Source: Candidatus Fervidifonticultor sextus (GTDB taxonomy: Bacteria > Sysuimicrobiota > Sysuimicrobiia > Sysuimicrobiales > Humicultoraceae). From it: a stretch of DNA of 64,000 nucleotides. Made by a program: the position numbers and the translations under genes. Location: positions 53,181 through 117,180 of the forward strand of contig JAVKHQ010000005.1 of assembly GCA_031459875.1 (NCBI GenBank), in the 5' to 3' direction. Of this stretch, positions 46,587 to 56,372 are shown piece by piece. Positions within the stretch are counted from its first letter, which is position 1. Each line of letters begins with the position of its first letter. The notes under the pieces were generated by a model. The model searched no databases. It saw nothing but the letters and a program-made list of their open reading frames with translations, and was not told where the DNA came from.

Positions 46587-47993
46587 CTACGGCGAACGAT
46601 CCGGAGGACGGCGCAGCGCGACCAGCATCGAGGACACGGTCCGCTCGCCGCCCCGGGGCAGGGCGCTGACCACGCGGCCGCCCACGACCAGGGTGGCCGA
46701 GCCACCGCCGTCCAGGTTCATCGCCTGGATCGCGCCGAGGTCCCGCATCAGGGAGGCGAGTTCGGGCAGGTTCATGCCACGGCTCTGCCGGCCGTGCGCA
46801 TCGACCGTCACGAAGAGGACCTTGCCGGCCTGCGTGATGCCGATCGCCGACCGCGCCGTCCTGATGGCATAGAAGCCGGCGCCAAACCCTTCCCAGGCGT
46901 ACGGGATGAACACCTGGCCGTCCCGCACTAACTGCGGCCCGCCCTGGACCGCGTGGTAGATCCCCGACGGCGCCAGCCTGAGGTCGACCTGCACGGATTC
47001 GCCGCGGACGAGACCCAGCAGCAGGTGCTGTTGCGATTCTGCCGTCGCCAGGGCATAGCCGTCGGCGGGGATCACCGGTCGGCCGCTGGTGAAACCCACG
47101 ATGCGGTCCTTGCGGACGAGGCTCACCAGCGAGTGCGGCATCGTCAACGGCCCGAACTCCGGCGTGTAGACTGCCACGCCGCCTGACCGGGGCGGCCGAT
47201 TGACGGCGGTGATGGGGATCCTGACCCCGCGCTCGGTCAGCAGGTGCCCGCTGAACTCCACCGGCCCGATCCACGGCCGTCCGGCGGCGTCCACCGCGAA
47301 GACGACCCGCCTGGGGTGTGGGGTCGACAGGACCCGGCCATCGATGACGATCAGGCCGATCGGCAGGCCCGCCCGTGTGAAGAAGTTGCCGTTGATGGCG
47401 GCGATGGCCTCCAGGCGCGTGGCGGCCGTGCTGGTGGTCTCGGTGGCGGCGATGACGGCCCCGCCCAGGGCCGGCCGGATGACCACGGCCTGCGCCCGGG
47501 GATCGAGGGTGGCCACGTGGACCCGGGCGCGGCCCGCCCGGGTCGGGACCCGCATGGCCCGGTAGGCCACGCTGGCCGGTAGCGGCACGACGCCCAGTGA
47601 CTCGGGGAAGACCGCGACGGTCAGCAGCCGGGGGCCGGTGAACACCTTGAAGCGGGCGGCGGCACGCACGTCGATCTCGAGGCGCACCACCTCGGGAGCG
47701 AGGCGACGGAGCGAGACCCTTGAGACGATGCCGCCGGCCTCCAGGAAGCGGTCGACGTCGCCCTCGACGGACCAGAGATCGACGACGATGCCGCCCGGAC
47801 CCGCCGTCGTCCGGTAGCGGACCGGCGCCGTGAGGGACGCCGTGATCATCGTGGCCCCACCATCGAGACGCCAGCGGAGGTCGGTGAGGCGGGCAGAGTG
47901 GTCGGTGGCGCCCGCACCGGGAGGGTCAGCCAGCAGGCCGATCCCGGCGGCAGCGACGAGGACGAGCGCGCGGTAGCGCAGAGTGCGAGGCAT
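46587..47993 (-). CDS. Secreted phosphodiester glycosidase (NAGPA-like) family protein
   Basis: AINGNFF, GGPQLV, RSAIG, AMNLDGGGS. Confidence 0.85.
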   Translation of the reverse strand: MPRTLRYRALVLVAAAGIGLLADPPGAGATDHSARLTDLRWRLDGGATMITASLTAPVRYRTTAGPGGIVVDLWSVEGDVDRFLEAGGIVSRVSLRRLAPEVVRLEIDVRAAARFKVFTGPRLLTVAVFPESLGVVPLPASVAYRAMRVPTRAGRARVHVATLDPRAQAVVIRPALGGAVIAATETTSTAATRLEAIAAINGNFFTRAGLPIGLIVIDGRVLSTPHPRRVVFAVDAAGRPWIGPVEFSGHLLTERGVRIPITAVNRPPRSGGVAVYTPEFGPLTMPHSLVSLVRKDRIVGFTSGRPVIPADGYALATAESQQHLLLGLVRGESVQVDLRLAPSGIYHAVQGGPQLVRDGQVFIPYAWEGFGAGFYAIRTARSAIGITQAGKVLFVTVDAHGRQSRGMNLPELASLMRDLGAIQAMNLDGGGSATLVVGGRVVSALPRGGERTVSSMLVALRRPPDRSP

Positions 47994-48175
47994 CGGCACA
48001 TCCCGGGTCCGACGTGAAGGTGCAGGTGCGTACCGCTTGCCGTCATGTACGCCCTGCCGACGGGCGACTCCTGCCGAGCGCCCGGGTCCCGGCATCGCAG
48101 CACCCATCCGGTATTCCTGATGCCCACCTCCGCGTCTTCGACCGCAGGGCCGCAGGGACCGATGCGCCTCCTTTC

Positions 48176-48211
48176 CAAAAAGAAAAGCGCCCGGCCCACG
48201 AGCCAGGACGC
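48176..48211 (-). terminator. Intrinsic terminator after 48238-48651
   Basis: Minus strand ggcgtcctggctcgtgggccgggcgc then ttttcttttt. Confidence 0.75.
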
Positions 48212-48237
48212 CTCGACCGCGCGACCTGGCAAGCCGC

Positions 48238-48651
48238 CTACTGGGTGGCGCGCCCGTGCCGCAACAGGATGCTGACATCCCGGGACGGCTGGCGCTCCTC
48301 CACCCTGATCACGTAGAACTGCCGTCGCCGGCCGTCGGCGAGCAGCCGGAGGTAGACCCGCCCGGTGCGCTTCGGCGACTCGCTCTCGAAGGTCGAGGTC
48401 CATCCCCGGATGGTGAGCGTCGCGTAGAAGTCCCGGACCTGTTCGAAGGAGGCCTGAGAGCGGAGTTCGACCTGCTGCCAGGCCGCCTGGGGAAACCCGA
48501 AGGACTCGCCGGCAAACGTCGTGCTTCCGACCCGGGTCGCCCTCGGGAAGTAGGGCAGGTCGCCCAGCCGATCCGTACGCGTGCGGACGGCGATCACCGC
48601 GGCCGCCGCGAGCACCGTGACGACCGCGATCGCCACGATCGTGCGCCGCAC
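48238..48651 (-). CDS. Hypothetical exported protein
   Basis: N-terminal hydrophobic segment; packed in an operon. Confidence 0.65.
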   Translation of the reverse strand: MRRTIVAIAVVTVLAAAAVIAVRTRTDRLGDLPYFPRATRVGSTTFAGESFGFPQAAWQQVELRSQASFEQVRDFYATLTIRGWTSTFESESPKRTGRVYLRLLADGRRRQFYVIRVEERQPSRDVSILLRHGRATQ

Positions 48652-48652
48652 C

Positions 48653-49039
48653 CTAGCGCTCCCGCGCGATCCCAGAGGCGGGGCTCACCAGTCCGCTGAC
48701 GAGGTCGGGGAGGTTGTGGACGACCGCGGAGTTGCTGACCACCCGATCACAGCCCGCAGCCAGGGCGGCTTCACGCCGACGGGTCTCGCGGTGGCCGCAG
48801 AAACCCAGCACCGGGATGGGCGCGAGATCCGGCTCGGCCTTCAGGGCCTGGATGAAGAAGGCGGCCTCGCGCGAGGAGCCCGCCAGGTTCACGACGATGG
48901 CATCGGGCCGGCGCTGACGGGCCAGGGTCAGGGCCTCGGGACCGACGCCGACCGCCCTCGCCTGCCACCCCGCCGCACGCGCCTGAGCCAGGAGGCGCGT
49001 GCAGGAGAGCAGGTTGTCGTCCACGATCAGGACGAACAC
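48653..49039 (-). CDS. Stand-alone atypical receiver-domain protein
   Basis: VLIVDD, PDAIVVNL, IPVLGF, A..AGCD. Confidence 0.7.
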   Translation of the reverse strand: MFVLIVDDNLLSCTRLLAQARAAGWQARAVGVGPEALTLARQRRPDAIVVNLAGSSREAAFFIQALKAEPDLAPIPVLGFCGHRETRRREAALAAGCDRVVSNSAVVHNLPDLVSGLVSPASGIARER

Positions 49040-49041
49040 CG

Positions 49042-49359
49042 CTACACCGGAATGCCCATCATCTGGAGCTGCAGCTTCCCCTCCGGCGTCACCCTGTCGG
49101 TCGTCCAGGGGGGGATCCACACGAAGGCGACGGACACCTTCTCGGCGCCGATGGCCTGGAGCTTGTTCTCGATCTCCGCGGCGATCATGGGCCCGACCGG
49201 GCAGCCGGGGGCCGTCAGCGTCATGGTGATCGCCACGTCCTCGCCGGACACCTGGAGGTCGTAGATGAGCCCCAGGTCCCAGACGTTGACGGGGATCTCA
49301 GGGTCGAACACCGTGCGGAGGACGTCGATCACCTGTTCGCGGGTGATGCCATCGTCCAT
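49042..49359 (-). CDS. DUF59/SufT-like Fe-S assembly factor
   Basis: DPEIPVNVWDLGLIY, MTLTAPGCP, PPWT. Confidence 0.9.
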   Translation of the reverse strand: MDDGITREQVIDVLRTVFDPEIPVNVWDLGLIYDLQVSGEDVAITMTLTAPGCPVGPMIAAEIENKLQAIGAEKVSVAFVWIPPWTTDRVTPEGKLQLQMMGIPV

Positions 49360-49473
49360 CGAGAACTCCCCCCTCGGACCAGGAGGTGTCCGTGACCTGT
49401 CGGGCGCGGCCCGACTATTCTAGCCGTCGGGTCGGGCCGCCGTCAAACCAGGGGGATGAGGAGACCGGCACCG

Positions 49474-52170
49474 ATGAGACGCCTGCGACTCCTGCTGTGG
49501 GGAGCCATTGCGCTCCTGTTCGTTGTGGGGCCGACCGCCGCCCGCTGGTACACCGACTGGCTCTGGTTCGGTGAGGTCGGCTACCTGCGGGTGTTCTGGG
49601 TGCCGTTCCTCTCCCGGGTGGCGGTCACCGCGGTGGTCGCGGCCGGGCTGTGGCTGCTGTTCTTCCTGAACCTCCGGCCCGTGCTGCGAGCCGCCAGCGC
49701 GGAAACCGTCGAGATGACCTGGCGGGGGGGCACTTTCCGTCCCGTGCGCCCCCGGTGGGTCGGGATGACGGTCGGCGGGTGGGCCTGGGCGCTGGCGGCG
49801 GTGGCCTTCGTCGTCGGCCTGGGAGCCTCGCGTCACTGGGTGGCCGTCATGCAGTTCCTGCACGCCGCCCCCTTTGGCGAGGCGGACCCGCTGTTCGGCC
49901 GTGATATCGGGTTCTATGTCTTCCGCGTGCCGGTCTACCGCTTCGTCGCCGACGGCCTGTTTGCCTGGCTGGTCCTCCTCACCGCGGCCGTGGCGCTGGG
50001 GTACGGGGCCATCTACGGGCGCCTGATGATGCGGGGGGTGTGGCTGGGGCCGTCGGGCGTCCGGGCCCACCTCTCGATCCTGCTGGGGGCGGCGGTGCTC
50101 GTCCGGGGCGCGGGGTTCTGGCTGGATGCGCTGGAGTTGCTCTACTCGGAGCGTGGACCGGCGTTTGGCGCCTCGTTTACCGACGTCCATGCCGTGCTCC
50201 CCGCCCTGCGGGTGCTGACGGTCCTGTTCGTGCTCTGCGGGCTCCTGCTGGTGGCCAACGCCTGGCTGCGGACCGTGCGGCCGGCGCTGGTCACCATCGG
50301 GTTGATCCTCGTGGCGTGGATCGGCGGACTGGTCGTCTACCCCGGACTGGTCCAGGCGCTGCGGGTGCGCCCCAACGAACTCACCGCCGAGACGCCGTTC
50401 ATCGCCCACGCCATCGCCGCCACGCGCCGGGCCTTCGGTCTGGACCGCGTGCGCGAACGCGAGTACCCCGGCCTCGCACTGGACGCGGCGGCGGTCAACC
50501 GCAACCGCGCCACGCTCGAGAACGTCCGCCTGTGGGACTACCGGCCGCTGCTGCGGGCGTTCGGACAGCTCCAGACCCTGCGGCCGTACTACACCTTCGC
50601 CGACGTGGACATCGACCGCTACACGATCGGCGGGACCCAGCGACAGGTCATGCTGGCCGCCCGGGAACTGGCCGTCGGCCGGCTGCCTCCAGCCGCCCGC
50701 AACTGGGTCAACGAGCACCTGGTCTACACCCACGGTTACGGAATCGTGATGATCCCCGTCAACCGCATCTCCGAAGAGGGCATGCCCGAGTTCCTCATCA
50801 AGGACATTCCGCCGGAATCGGTCCCCGGCCTCGAGGTCAGGCGTCCCGAGATCTACTTCGGGGAGTTGACCACCAACTTCGTCGTCGTGAACACCAGCAT
50901 CCCCGAACTGGACTACCCGCGCGGCGACCAGAACGTGTACACCCGCTACCAGGGGCGCGGGGGGATCCGCCTCAGCTACCTGCCGCGCCTGGCGCTGGCC
51001 TACCGCTTCGGGGATCTGCGGCTGCTGCTGTCGCGGGACATCCGATCGGACAGCCGGCTGCTCTTCGCCCGGCAGATCACCACCCGCATCAGCCGGATTG
51101 CCCCGTTTCTCCGGTACGACCGCGATCCGTACATGGTCCTGGCCGATGGCCGGCTGGTCTGGATCATCGACGCCTACACCGTCACCGGCCGGTACCCCTA
51201 CGCCGCTCGGTACGGCGACATCAACTACATGCGCAACAGCGTCAAGGTCGTCGTGGACGCCTACGACGGATCGGTGGCCTTCTACCAGATGCTGCCCGAC
51301 GAGCCGATCGCGAAGACGCTGTCTGCGATCTTCCCCACGCTGTTCCGGCCGGCCGTCGAGATGCCCCCGGCGATCGCGGCCCATCTACGCTACCCCGTGG
51401 ACCTGTTCGAGGCCCAGGCCCAGGTCTTTGCCACCTTTCACATGCGTGACCCCCAGGTGTTCTACAACCGCGAGGACGTCTGGGCGATCCCCCGCGAGAT
51501 CTTTGGGAACGAGACGGTGCCGGTCGAACCCTACTACGTCACGATGCGTCTGGGCGAGGCCGAGCGGCCCGAATTCGTGCTGATCCTGCCGCTGGTGCCT
51601 TCCGGCCGCGACAACATGATTGCCTGGATGGCGGCGCGCAACGACCCGCCCCACTACGGCGAGCTGGTCGTCTACCGGTTCCCCAAGGCGCGGATCGCGT
51701 TCGGCCCGATGCAGGTGGAGGCCCGGATCAACCAGGACCCGGAGATCTCCCAGCAGCTCACGCTGTGGAACCAGCAGGGGTCGCAGGTGATCCGGGGCAA
51801 CCTCCTGGTGATCCCCATCGAGGACGGGTTGCTCTACGTCGAGCCGCTCTACCTGCAGGCGGAACGCAGCCAGCTGCCGGAACTCAAACGGGTCATCGTG
51901 GCCACTGGCGCGCGGATCGTCATGGCGCCGACCCTCGAAGAGGCCCTGGCCGGGCTCTTCGGGCAGCCGCCTGCGGCGAGGCCGCCTGGGCCCGCGCCGG
52001 GACCGCCGCAGACGCCCGAGCAGGCCGGCACGCTGGCCGAGCAGGCCCTGGAGGTCTACCGGCGCGCGCAGGAACGGCTGCGCGCCGGCGACTTCTCCGG
52101 CTACAGCCAGGAGATCGAGCGCCTGGGGAAGATCCTCGAGCAACTGCGCGACGCGACCCGGGCGCGCTAG
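49474..52170 (+). CDS. UPF0182 family membrane protein
   Basis: YTDWLWF.EVGY, DP.FG.DI.FY, RLWD, HLVYTHGYG, LYVEPLY. Confidence 0.93.
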   Translation: MRRLRLLLWGAIALLFVVGPTAARWYTDWLWFGEVGYLRVFWVPFLSRVAVTAVVAAGLWLLFFLNLRPVLRAASAETVEMTWRGGTFRPVRPRWVGMTVGGWAWALAAVAFVVGLGASRHWVAVMQFLHAAPFGEADPLFGRDIGFYVFRVPVYRFVADGLFAWLVLLTAAVALGYGAIYGRLMMRGVWLGPSGVRAHLSILLGAAVLVRGAGFWLDALELLYSERGPAFGASFTDVHAVLPALRVLTVLFVLCGLLLVANAWLRTVRPALVTIGLILVAWIGGLVVYPGLVQALRVRPNELTAETPFIAHAIAATRRAFGLDRVREREYPGLALDAAAVNRNRATLENVRLWDYRPLLRAFGQLQTLRPYYTFADVDIDRYTIGGTQRQVMLAARELAVGRLPPAARNWVNEHLVYTHGYGIVMIPVNRISEEGMPEFLIKDIPPESVPGLEVRRPEIYFGELTTNFVVVNTSIPELDYPRGDQNVYTRYQGRGGIRLSYLPRLALAYRFGDLRLLLSRDIRSDSRLLFARQITTRISRIAPFLRYDRDPYMVLADGRLVWIIDAYTVTGRYPYAARYGDINYMRNSVKVVVDAYDGSVAFYQMLPDEPIAKTLSAIFPTLFRPAVEMPPAIAAHLRYPVDLFEAQAQVFATFHMRDPQVFYNREDVWAIPREIFGNETVPVEPYYVTMRLGEAERPEFVLILPLVPSGRDNMIAWMAARNDPPHYGELVVYRFPKARIAFGPMQVEARINQDPEISQQLTLWNQQGSQVIRGNLLVIPIEDGLLYVEPLYLQAERSQLPELKRVIVATGARIVMAPTLEEALAGLFGQPPAARPPGPAPGPPQTPEQAGTLAEQALEVYRRAQERLRAGDFSGYSQEIERLGKILEQLRDATRAR

Positions 52171-52191
52171 GCCTGCCGCGCCGCAGCGGCG

Positions 52192-52800
52192 TTGCGGCAG
52201 GAAGTCCGGATCGCCTGCCTAACTGTCTGCGCAAAGGCTCCGGGGGGGTGGTTGCGCATCGCCGCACGGCCCGATCCCATCAATCCGGCACGCCGGTGCC
52301 GCCTCCTCCCGGCCGCCGCAACCGGGCTCATCTTGGGGCTGGCGGCGGCTGCAGGCGGCGCGTTGCCCAACGGCGTCGGCCTGATCGCCCCAGGCGAGGC
52401 GATCGGTCCCATCCGGCTGGGCATGACGGCCGTCCAGGTGCGCAGCCTTTCCGACAGCCTGCCCTGCGAGATCGCCGTCGCGTACACGAACGGCCAGGCC
52501 AGCCGCCTCGAGACCAACTGCGGCGTCGCCTACCAGACGTCCGAGGGGATCACGGTGGGCCTGGGCGGCTCACGGATCCGGTGGGTCTACGGTCAGCCCG
52601 AACTACTGGTGCCCAGCGACCTCCCGGGCACGCGCGCCGACTGGTGGGTCTACCGCGGTCCGGGCATCAGTTTCCGCATCATCTACTCCGATAGCGGCAC
52701 GCTCATTCAGGCGATCGCCGTCTTCAAGGGCACGGGCGACTCGCCGCAGCGGCGGCCAGGTCCGATCCCGGTCGCGCCGCCTCCGCCCCTGGGCGACTGA
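52192..52800 (+). CDS. Hypothetical secreted protein (PG..IGP..LG family)
   Basis: LIAPGEAIGPIRLGMT, YQTSEGITVG; start uncertain. Confidence 0.6.
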   Translation: MRQEVRIACLTVCAKAPGGWLRIAARPDPINPARRCRLLPAAATGLILGLAAAAGGALPNGVGLIAPGEAIGPIRLGMTAVQVRSLSDSLPCEIAVAYTNGQASRLETNCGVAYQTSEGITVGLGGSRIRWVYGQPELLVPSDLPGTRADWWVYRGPGISFRIIYSDSGTLIQAIAVFKGTGDSPQRRPGPIPVAPPPPLGD

Positions 52801-52854
52801 CCCGGCGGCCGCAACGGGCCTCTCTGTGAAAGGAGATCGGAGGCCGGTGACGGC

Positions 52855-53964
52855 TCAGGCGGTGTACCGGGCCCTCCGGACCGTCTGCCGCTCGACCCGT
52901 TCCGGCACGACCCGCATCCCCAGGCCGGGGGAGGCGGGCACCGTGATCGTCCCGTCGCTGTTGAGGGTCACCGGCGGGTCGATGAGGTCTTCCTCGAAGT
53001 AGCGGTCGCTGGCCGACAGGTCGCCGGGCAGGGTGAAGCCCGGAAGGGACGCGAGTGCCAGGTTGGCGGCGCGCCCGATCCCGGTTTCCAGCATCCCGCC
53101 GCACCAGACGGGGATGCCGCGCGAGCGACAGAGGTCGTGGATCGCCACCGCCTCCCCCAGCCCGCCGACCCGCGCCGGCTTGATGTTGATGACGCGACAG
53201 GACCCCAGTTCCAGCGCCGCCCGGGCCGCCCGGGCGTGCACGATGGACTCGTCCAGGCAGATCGGGGTGCGCAGGCGGGCCTGGAGTTTGGCGTGATCGA
53301 CAAGGTCGTCTTCTTCCAGCGGCTGCTCGATGAGCAGGAGGCCGTAGGCGTCGAGCGCTTCGAAGGTCGCGGCGTCGGACAGCGAGAAGGCGGAGTTGGC
53401 GTCCACCTGCAGCAGGATGTCCCCGAACCGCTCGCGGATGCGGCGCACGGGCTCGACGTCGAACCCCGGTTTGATCTTGATCTTGATCCGGCGGTACCCG
53501 GCCCGCAGGTAGCCGTCCACGCGGTCGAGCAGTTCGTCCACCGTGGGCTCGATGCCCACGCTCACGCCGGCTGTGATGCGCTCGCGTTCACCGCCCAGCA
53601 GCGCGGCCAGCGGCTTCCCCTGCCGCTGCGCCTCGAGGTCCCACAGCGCGGCCTCCACCGCGGCCTTGGCCATGTGGTTGCGGCGGATGCGGGCCACCTG
53701 CCGGGCGAACCCCTGGGGGGATGGCAGCTCGCGACCCACCAGCGGCGGGATGATGTAGCGCTCCAGGATCGCCCACACGCTCTCGTGGGTCTCTTCGTTG
53801 TAGAGTCCGCCCATGCCCGTGGGCGCTTCGCCCCAACCCTCCAGACCGTCGGCCTGGACGCGGACCAGGATGCCCGGCAGGGTCTGCTCGCGGCCGAACG
53901 AGGTCTCAAACGGCGAGCGCAGCGTCATCTGGATCTGTCGGAGTTCCACCGCGTCAATCTTCAT
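52855..53964 (-). CDS. o-Succinylbenzoate synthase / N-succinylamino acid racemase (NSAR/OSBS)
   Basis: PFETSFG, KIKIKPG, DAN, EQP, DESI, GGMLETGIGRA, GDLSAS. Confidence 0.92.
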   Translation of the reverse strand: MKIDAVELRQIQMTLRSPFETSFGREQTLPGILVRVQADGLEGWGEAPTGMGGLYNEETHESVWAILERYIIPPLVGRELPSPQGFARQVARIRRNHMAKAAVEAALWDLEAQRQGKPLAALLGGERERITAGVSVGIEPTVDELLDRVDGYLRAGYRRIKIKIKPGFDVEPVRRIRERFGDILLQVDANSAFSLSDAATFEALDAYGLLLIEQPLEEDDLVDHAKLQARLRTPICLDESIVHARAARAALELGSCRVINIKPARVGGLGEAVAIHDLCRSRGIPVWCGGMLETGIGRAANLALASLPGFTLPGDLSASDRYFEEDLIDPPVTLNSDGTITVPASPGLGMRVVPERVERQTVRRARYTA

Positions 53965-54787
53965 CGGGGACCCTCGAGAGGACGTATTCGCCCCGCAGGC
54001 GTTCCCGCGGGTGCAACAGGAAGTCCACCGCGCAGTACCCGCGGCCGAAGTAGGTCAGGAACGCCTCCCGGGCGGCCAGGCGCCAGGCCACGGCGAGGCC
54101 CCGGTCGCGCTGGCGGATCTGGGGGAAGTCGGTGGGGATCTCGATGAGGACCGCCGGGTCCTCCAGGTCGAGGGCGGGCGGCTTGGGCGCGATGCCCACG
54201 AGATGGGGGACCACCTCCAGGGCGCGGGGCGCCGCGCTCCAGTCGCGCTCCGCCGGCCGGCCAGCCACCGCAGCCTCGACGCGGCGGGAGCGCAACGCCC
54301 AGTCCACCTCCAGCCGGTCGGAGTCCAGCCCCCGGTTCAATTCGTCCTGCATCTGGCCGTAGTAGTTCACGTAGTAGCGGCTGGCGGTCGCGCCCAGCTT
54401 GTGCAGGTTGAAGCGCGCGTTGACACTCTGGAGGGGATCGAAGGTCCAGACCGCGTGCTCGTAGCCCATGGCCAGCGCCGCCTCGCGCTGCGCGCACTTG
54501 AGGCGGAACCCGATGTCCTGCAACTGCAGGCCGCCGCGGACGCCGGCCATGTGCGAGTAGAACAACGGCCGGCCGCCCCGCCATCCCGCGAACCCGTAGC
54601 AGAAGCCGACCATGGTGCCGTCGGCTGTGAAGGCAGCGAGGACGACTCCGCCGGCGCTCGTCGCCGCTTTAAGTTGGTGGACGGGGACCACATCGTGGGG
54701 CGGCATGCCCCAGATCTCCATCTGCAGCGCCTCGATGTGCTGCAGCGACTCGGCGTCCGTCAGGGCCCGGATGGTGATGTCTGCCAT
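53954..54787 (-). CDS. GNAT acyltransferase (putative D-amino acid N-succinyltransferase)
   Basis: YSHMAGV, LK.AQR, WTFDPLQ..NA.FNL.KLG, SDRL. Confidence 0.85.
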   Translation of the reverse strand: MADITIRALTDAESLQHIEALQMEIWGMPPHDVVPVHQLKAATSAGGVVLAAFTADGTMVGFCYGFAGWRGGRPLFYSHMAGVRGGLQLQDIGFRLKCAQREAALAMGYEHAVWTFDPLQSVNARFNLHKLGATASRYYVNYYGQMQDELNRGLDSDRLEVDWALRSRRVEAAVAGRPAERDWSAAPRALEVVPHLVGIAPKPPALDLEDPAVLIEIPTDFPQIRQRDRGLAVAWRLAAREAFLTYFGRGYCAVDFLLHPRERLRGEYVLSRVPDED

Positions 54788-54856
54788 GTCTGTCCTCGCA
54801 TCGCGCCAGTGCAGGGGTCGCCGTGCGTGCCGAGAACTCTCAATGCAGCAGCCCCC

Positions 54857-55033
54857 ATGGAGTCCCTTCGCGCCCGTGTCGCGGCCCACCTGTCCGAGTG
54901 GCCGGCCATTCTCGATCGGCTCGTCCGGCGGCCCAGCGTGGCCGCCCACGGCCGGCGCCTGGAGGAGACGGCGGCGGTCGTGGGTCGGCTCTTCGGCACA
55001 TCCGGGAGGGAGAGTTCGGCATGCCGACACTGA
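54857..55033 (+). pseudogene. N-terminal fragment of an M20 peptidase
   Basis: LDRLVRRPSVAAHG..LEETA aligns by eye with LRALVRQPSVAATG..VAECA of the next gene. Confidence 0.55.
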
Positions 55034-56370
55034 AGGACATCGCACGGGACCGGGCAGGTCCGGGGCTGGAGACGCTGCGGGCGCTGGTGCGCCAGCCCAG
55101 CGTGGCGGCCACCGGGGAGGGGGTGGCCGAGTGCGCGGCGCTGGTCCGCCGCACCTTCGAGGAGGCTGGCGCCCGGGTCCAGGTCTACACACGGGCCGAC
55201 GCCCCGCCGCTGATCGTCGCGGAGTTCCCCGGCGCGGACGACCGGACCCTGCTCTTCTACAACCACTACGACGTGCAGCCGCCGGACCCGTTACATGAGT
55301 GGACCTCGCCGGCCTTCGAGCCGGCGACCCGCAACGGCTGCCTCTATGGCCGCGGGGTGGCCGACAACAAAGGCGACCTGGTCAGCCGCCTGGCCGCGGT
55401 GCGCGCGCTCCAGGCCGCGCACGGGCGGCTGCCCTGCCGCGTGAAGTTCGTCGTGGAAGGCGAGGAAGAGATCGGCTCGGTGCACTTCGGCGCCTACGTG
55501 CAGGCTCACCGCGACGCCCTGGCGGCGGACGCCTGCATCTGGGAGTTCGGCCAGCGCGATCTCAAGGAGCGCCTGCAGGTCACCCTCGGCGTCAAGGGCA
55601 TCTGCTACCTCGACCTGGAACTGCAGGCCACCAGCCGCGACCTGCACTCGTCGCTGGGCGCCATCGTGGACGGGGCCGGCACCCAGATGGCCTGGGCGCT
55701 GGCGTCGCTCAAGGACCCCAAGACCGGCCGCGTCCTGGTGGACGGGTTTTACGACCGCGTCCGGCCTCCGACCGCCCGCGAACTGGAAGCGACCCGGCGT
55801 CTGCCGTTCGATGAGGCCGAACTGAAGCAGCACATCGGCGTGGAACGCTTCATCGGCGGGGTCACGGGGTTCGAGGCGCAGGTGCAGTTGCTCTACCATC
55901 CCACCTGCACGGTCTGCGGGCTCGAGAGCGGCTATATCGGCCCCGGCTCGAAGACGGTGCTCCCCCGCCGCGCCCGCGCCAAGGTGGACTTCCGCCTGGT
56001 GCCCGACCAGGACCCGCAGGAGATCCTGCGCCTGGTAGAAGTCCACTTCGCGCGTCTGGGGTTCGAGATCTCGGCCAGGCTGCTGGGGGGCGAGCGCGCC
56101 TACCGGACGGACCTGGACGATCCCTTCGTGGCGCTGGTGGTGGCCACTGCGCAGGAGGCCACCGGCCGGGAAGTCACGGTCTACCCGACATCGGCGGGCA
56201 CGGGTCCCATGTACGACCTGGGAACGGCGCTGCACATTCCGATTGTGAGCATCGGTGCGGGCTACTGGGGCAGCCGCGCCCATGCCCCCGACGAGCACAT
56301 CCGGCTGGCGGACTTCGAGGAGACGATCTACCTGATGGCGCGTCTGATCGAGCGGTTCGCAGGCGTCTAG
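55021..56370 (+). CDS. M20 family metallopeptidase (DapE/ArgE-like)
   Basis: YNHYDVQP, GRGVADNKG, EGEEEIGS, HAPDE. Confidence 0.93.
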   Translation: MPTLKDIARDRAGPGLETLRALVRQPSVAATGEGVAECAALVRRTFEEAGARVQVYTRADAPPLIVAEFPGADDRTLLFYNHYDVQPPDPLHEWTSPAFEPATRNGCLYGRGVADNKGDLVSRLAAVRALQAAHGRLPCRVKFVVEGEEEIGSVHFGAYVQAHRDALAADACIWEFGQRDLKERLQVTLGVKGICYLDLELQATSRDLHSSLGAIVDGAGTQMAWALASLKDPKTGRVLVDGFYDRVRPPTARELEATRRLPFDEAELKQHIGVERFIGGVTGFEAQVQLLYHPTCTVCGLESGYIGPGSKTVLPRRARAKVDFRLVPDQDPQEILRLVEVHFARLGFEISARLLGGERAYRTDLDDPFVALVVATAQEATGREVTVYPTSAGTGPMYDLGTALHIPIVSIGAGYWGSRAHAPDEHIRLADFEETIYLMARLIERFAGV

Positions 56371-56372
56371 TT

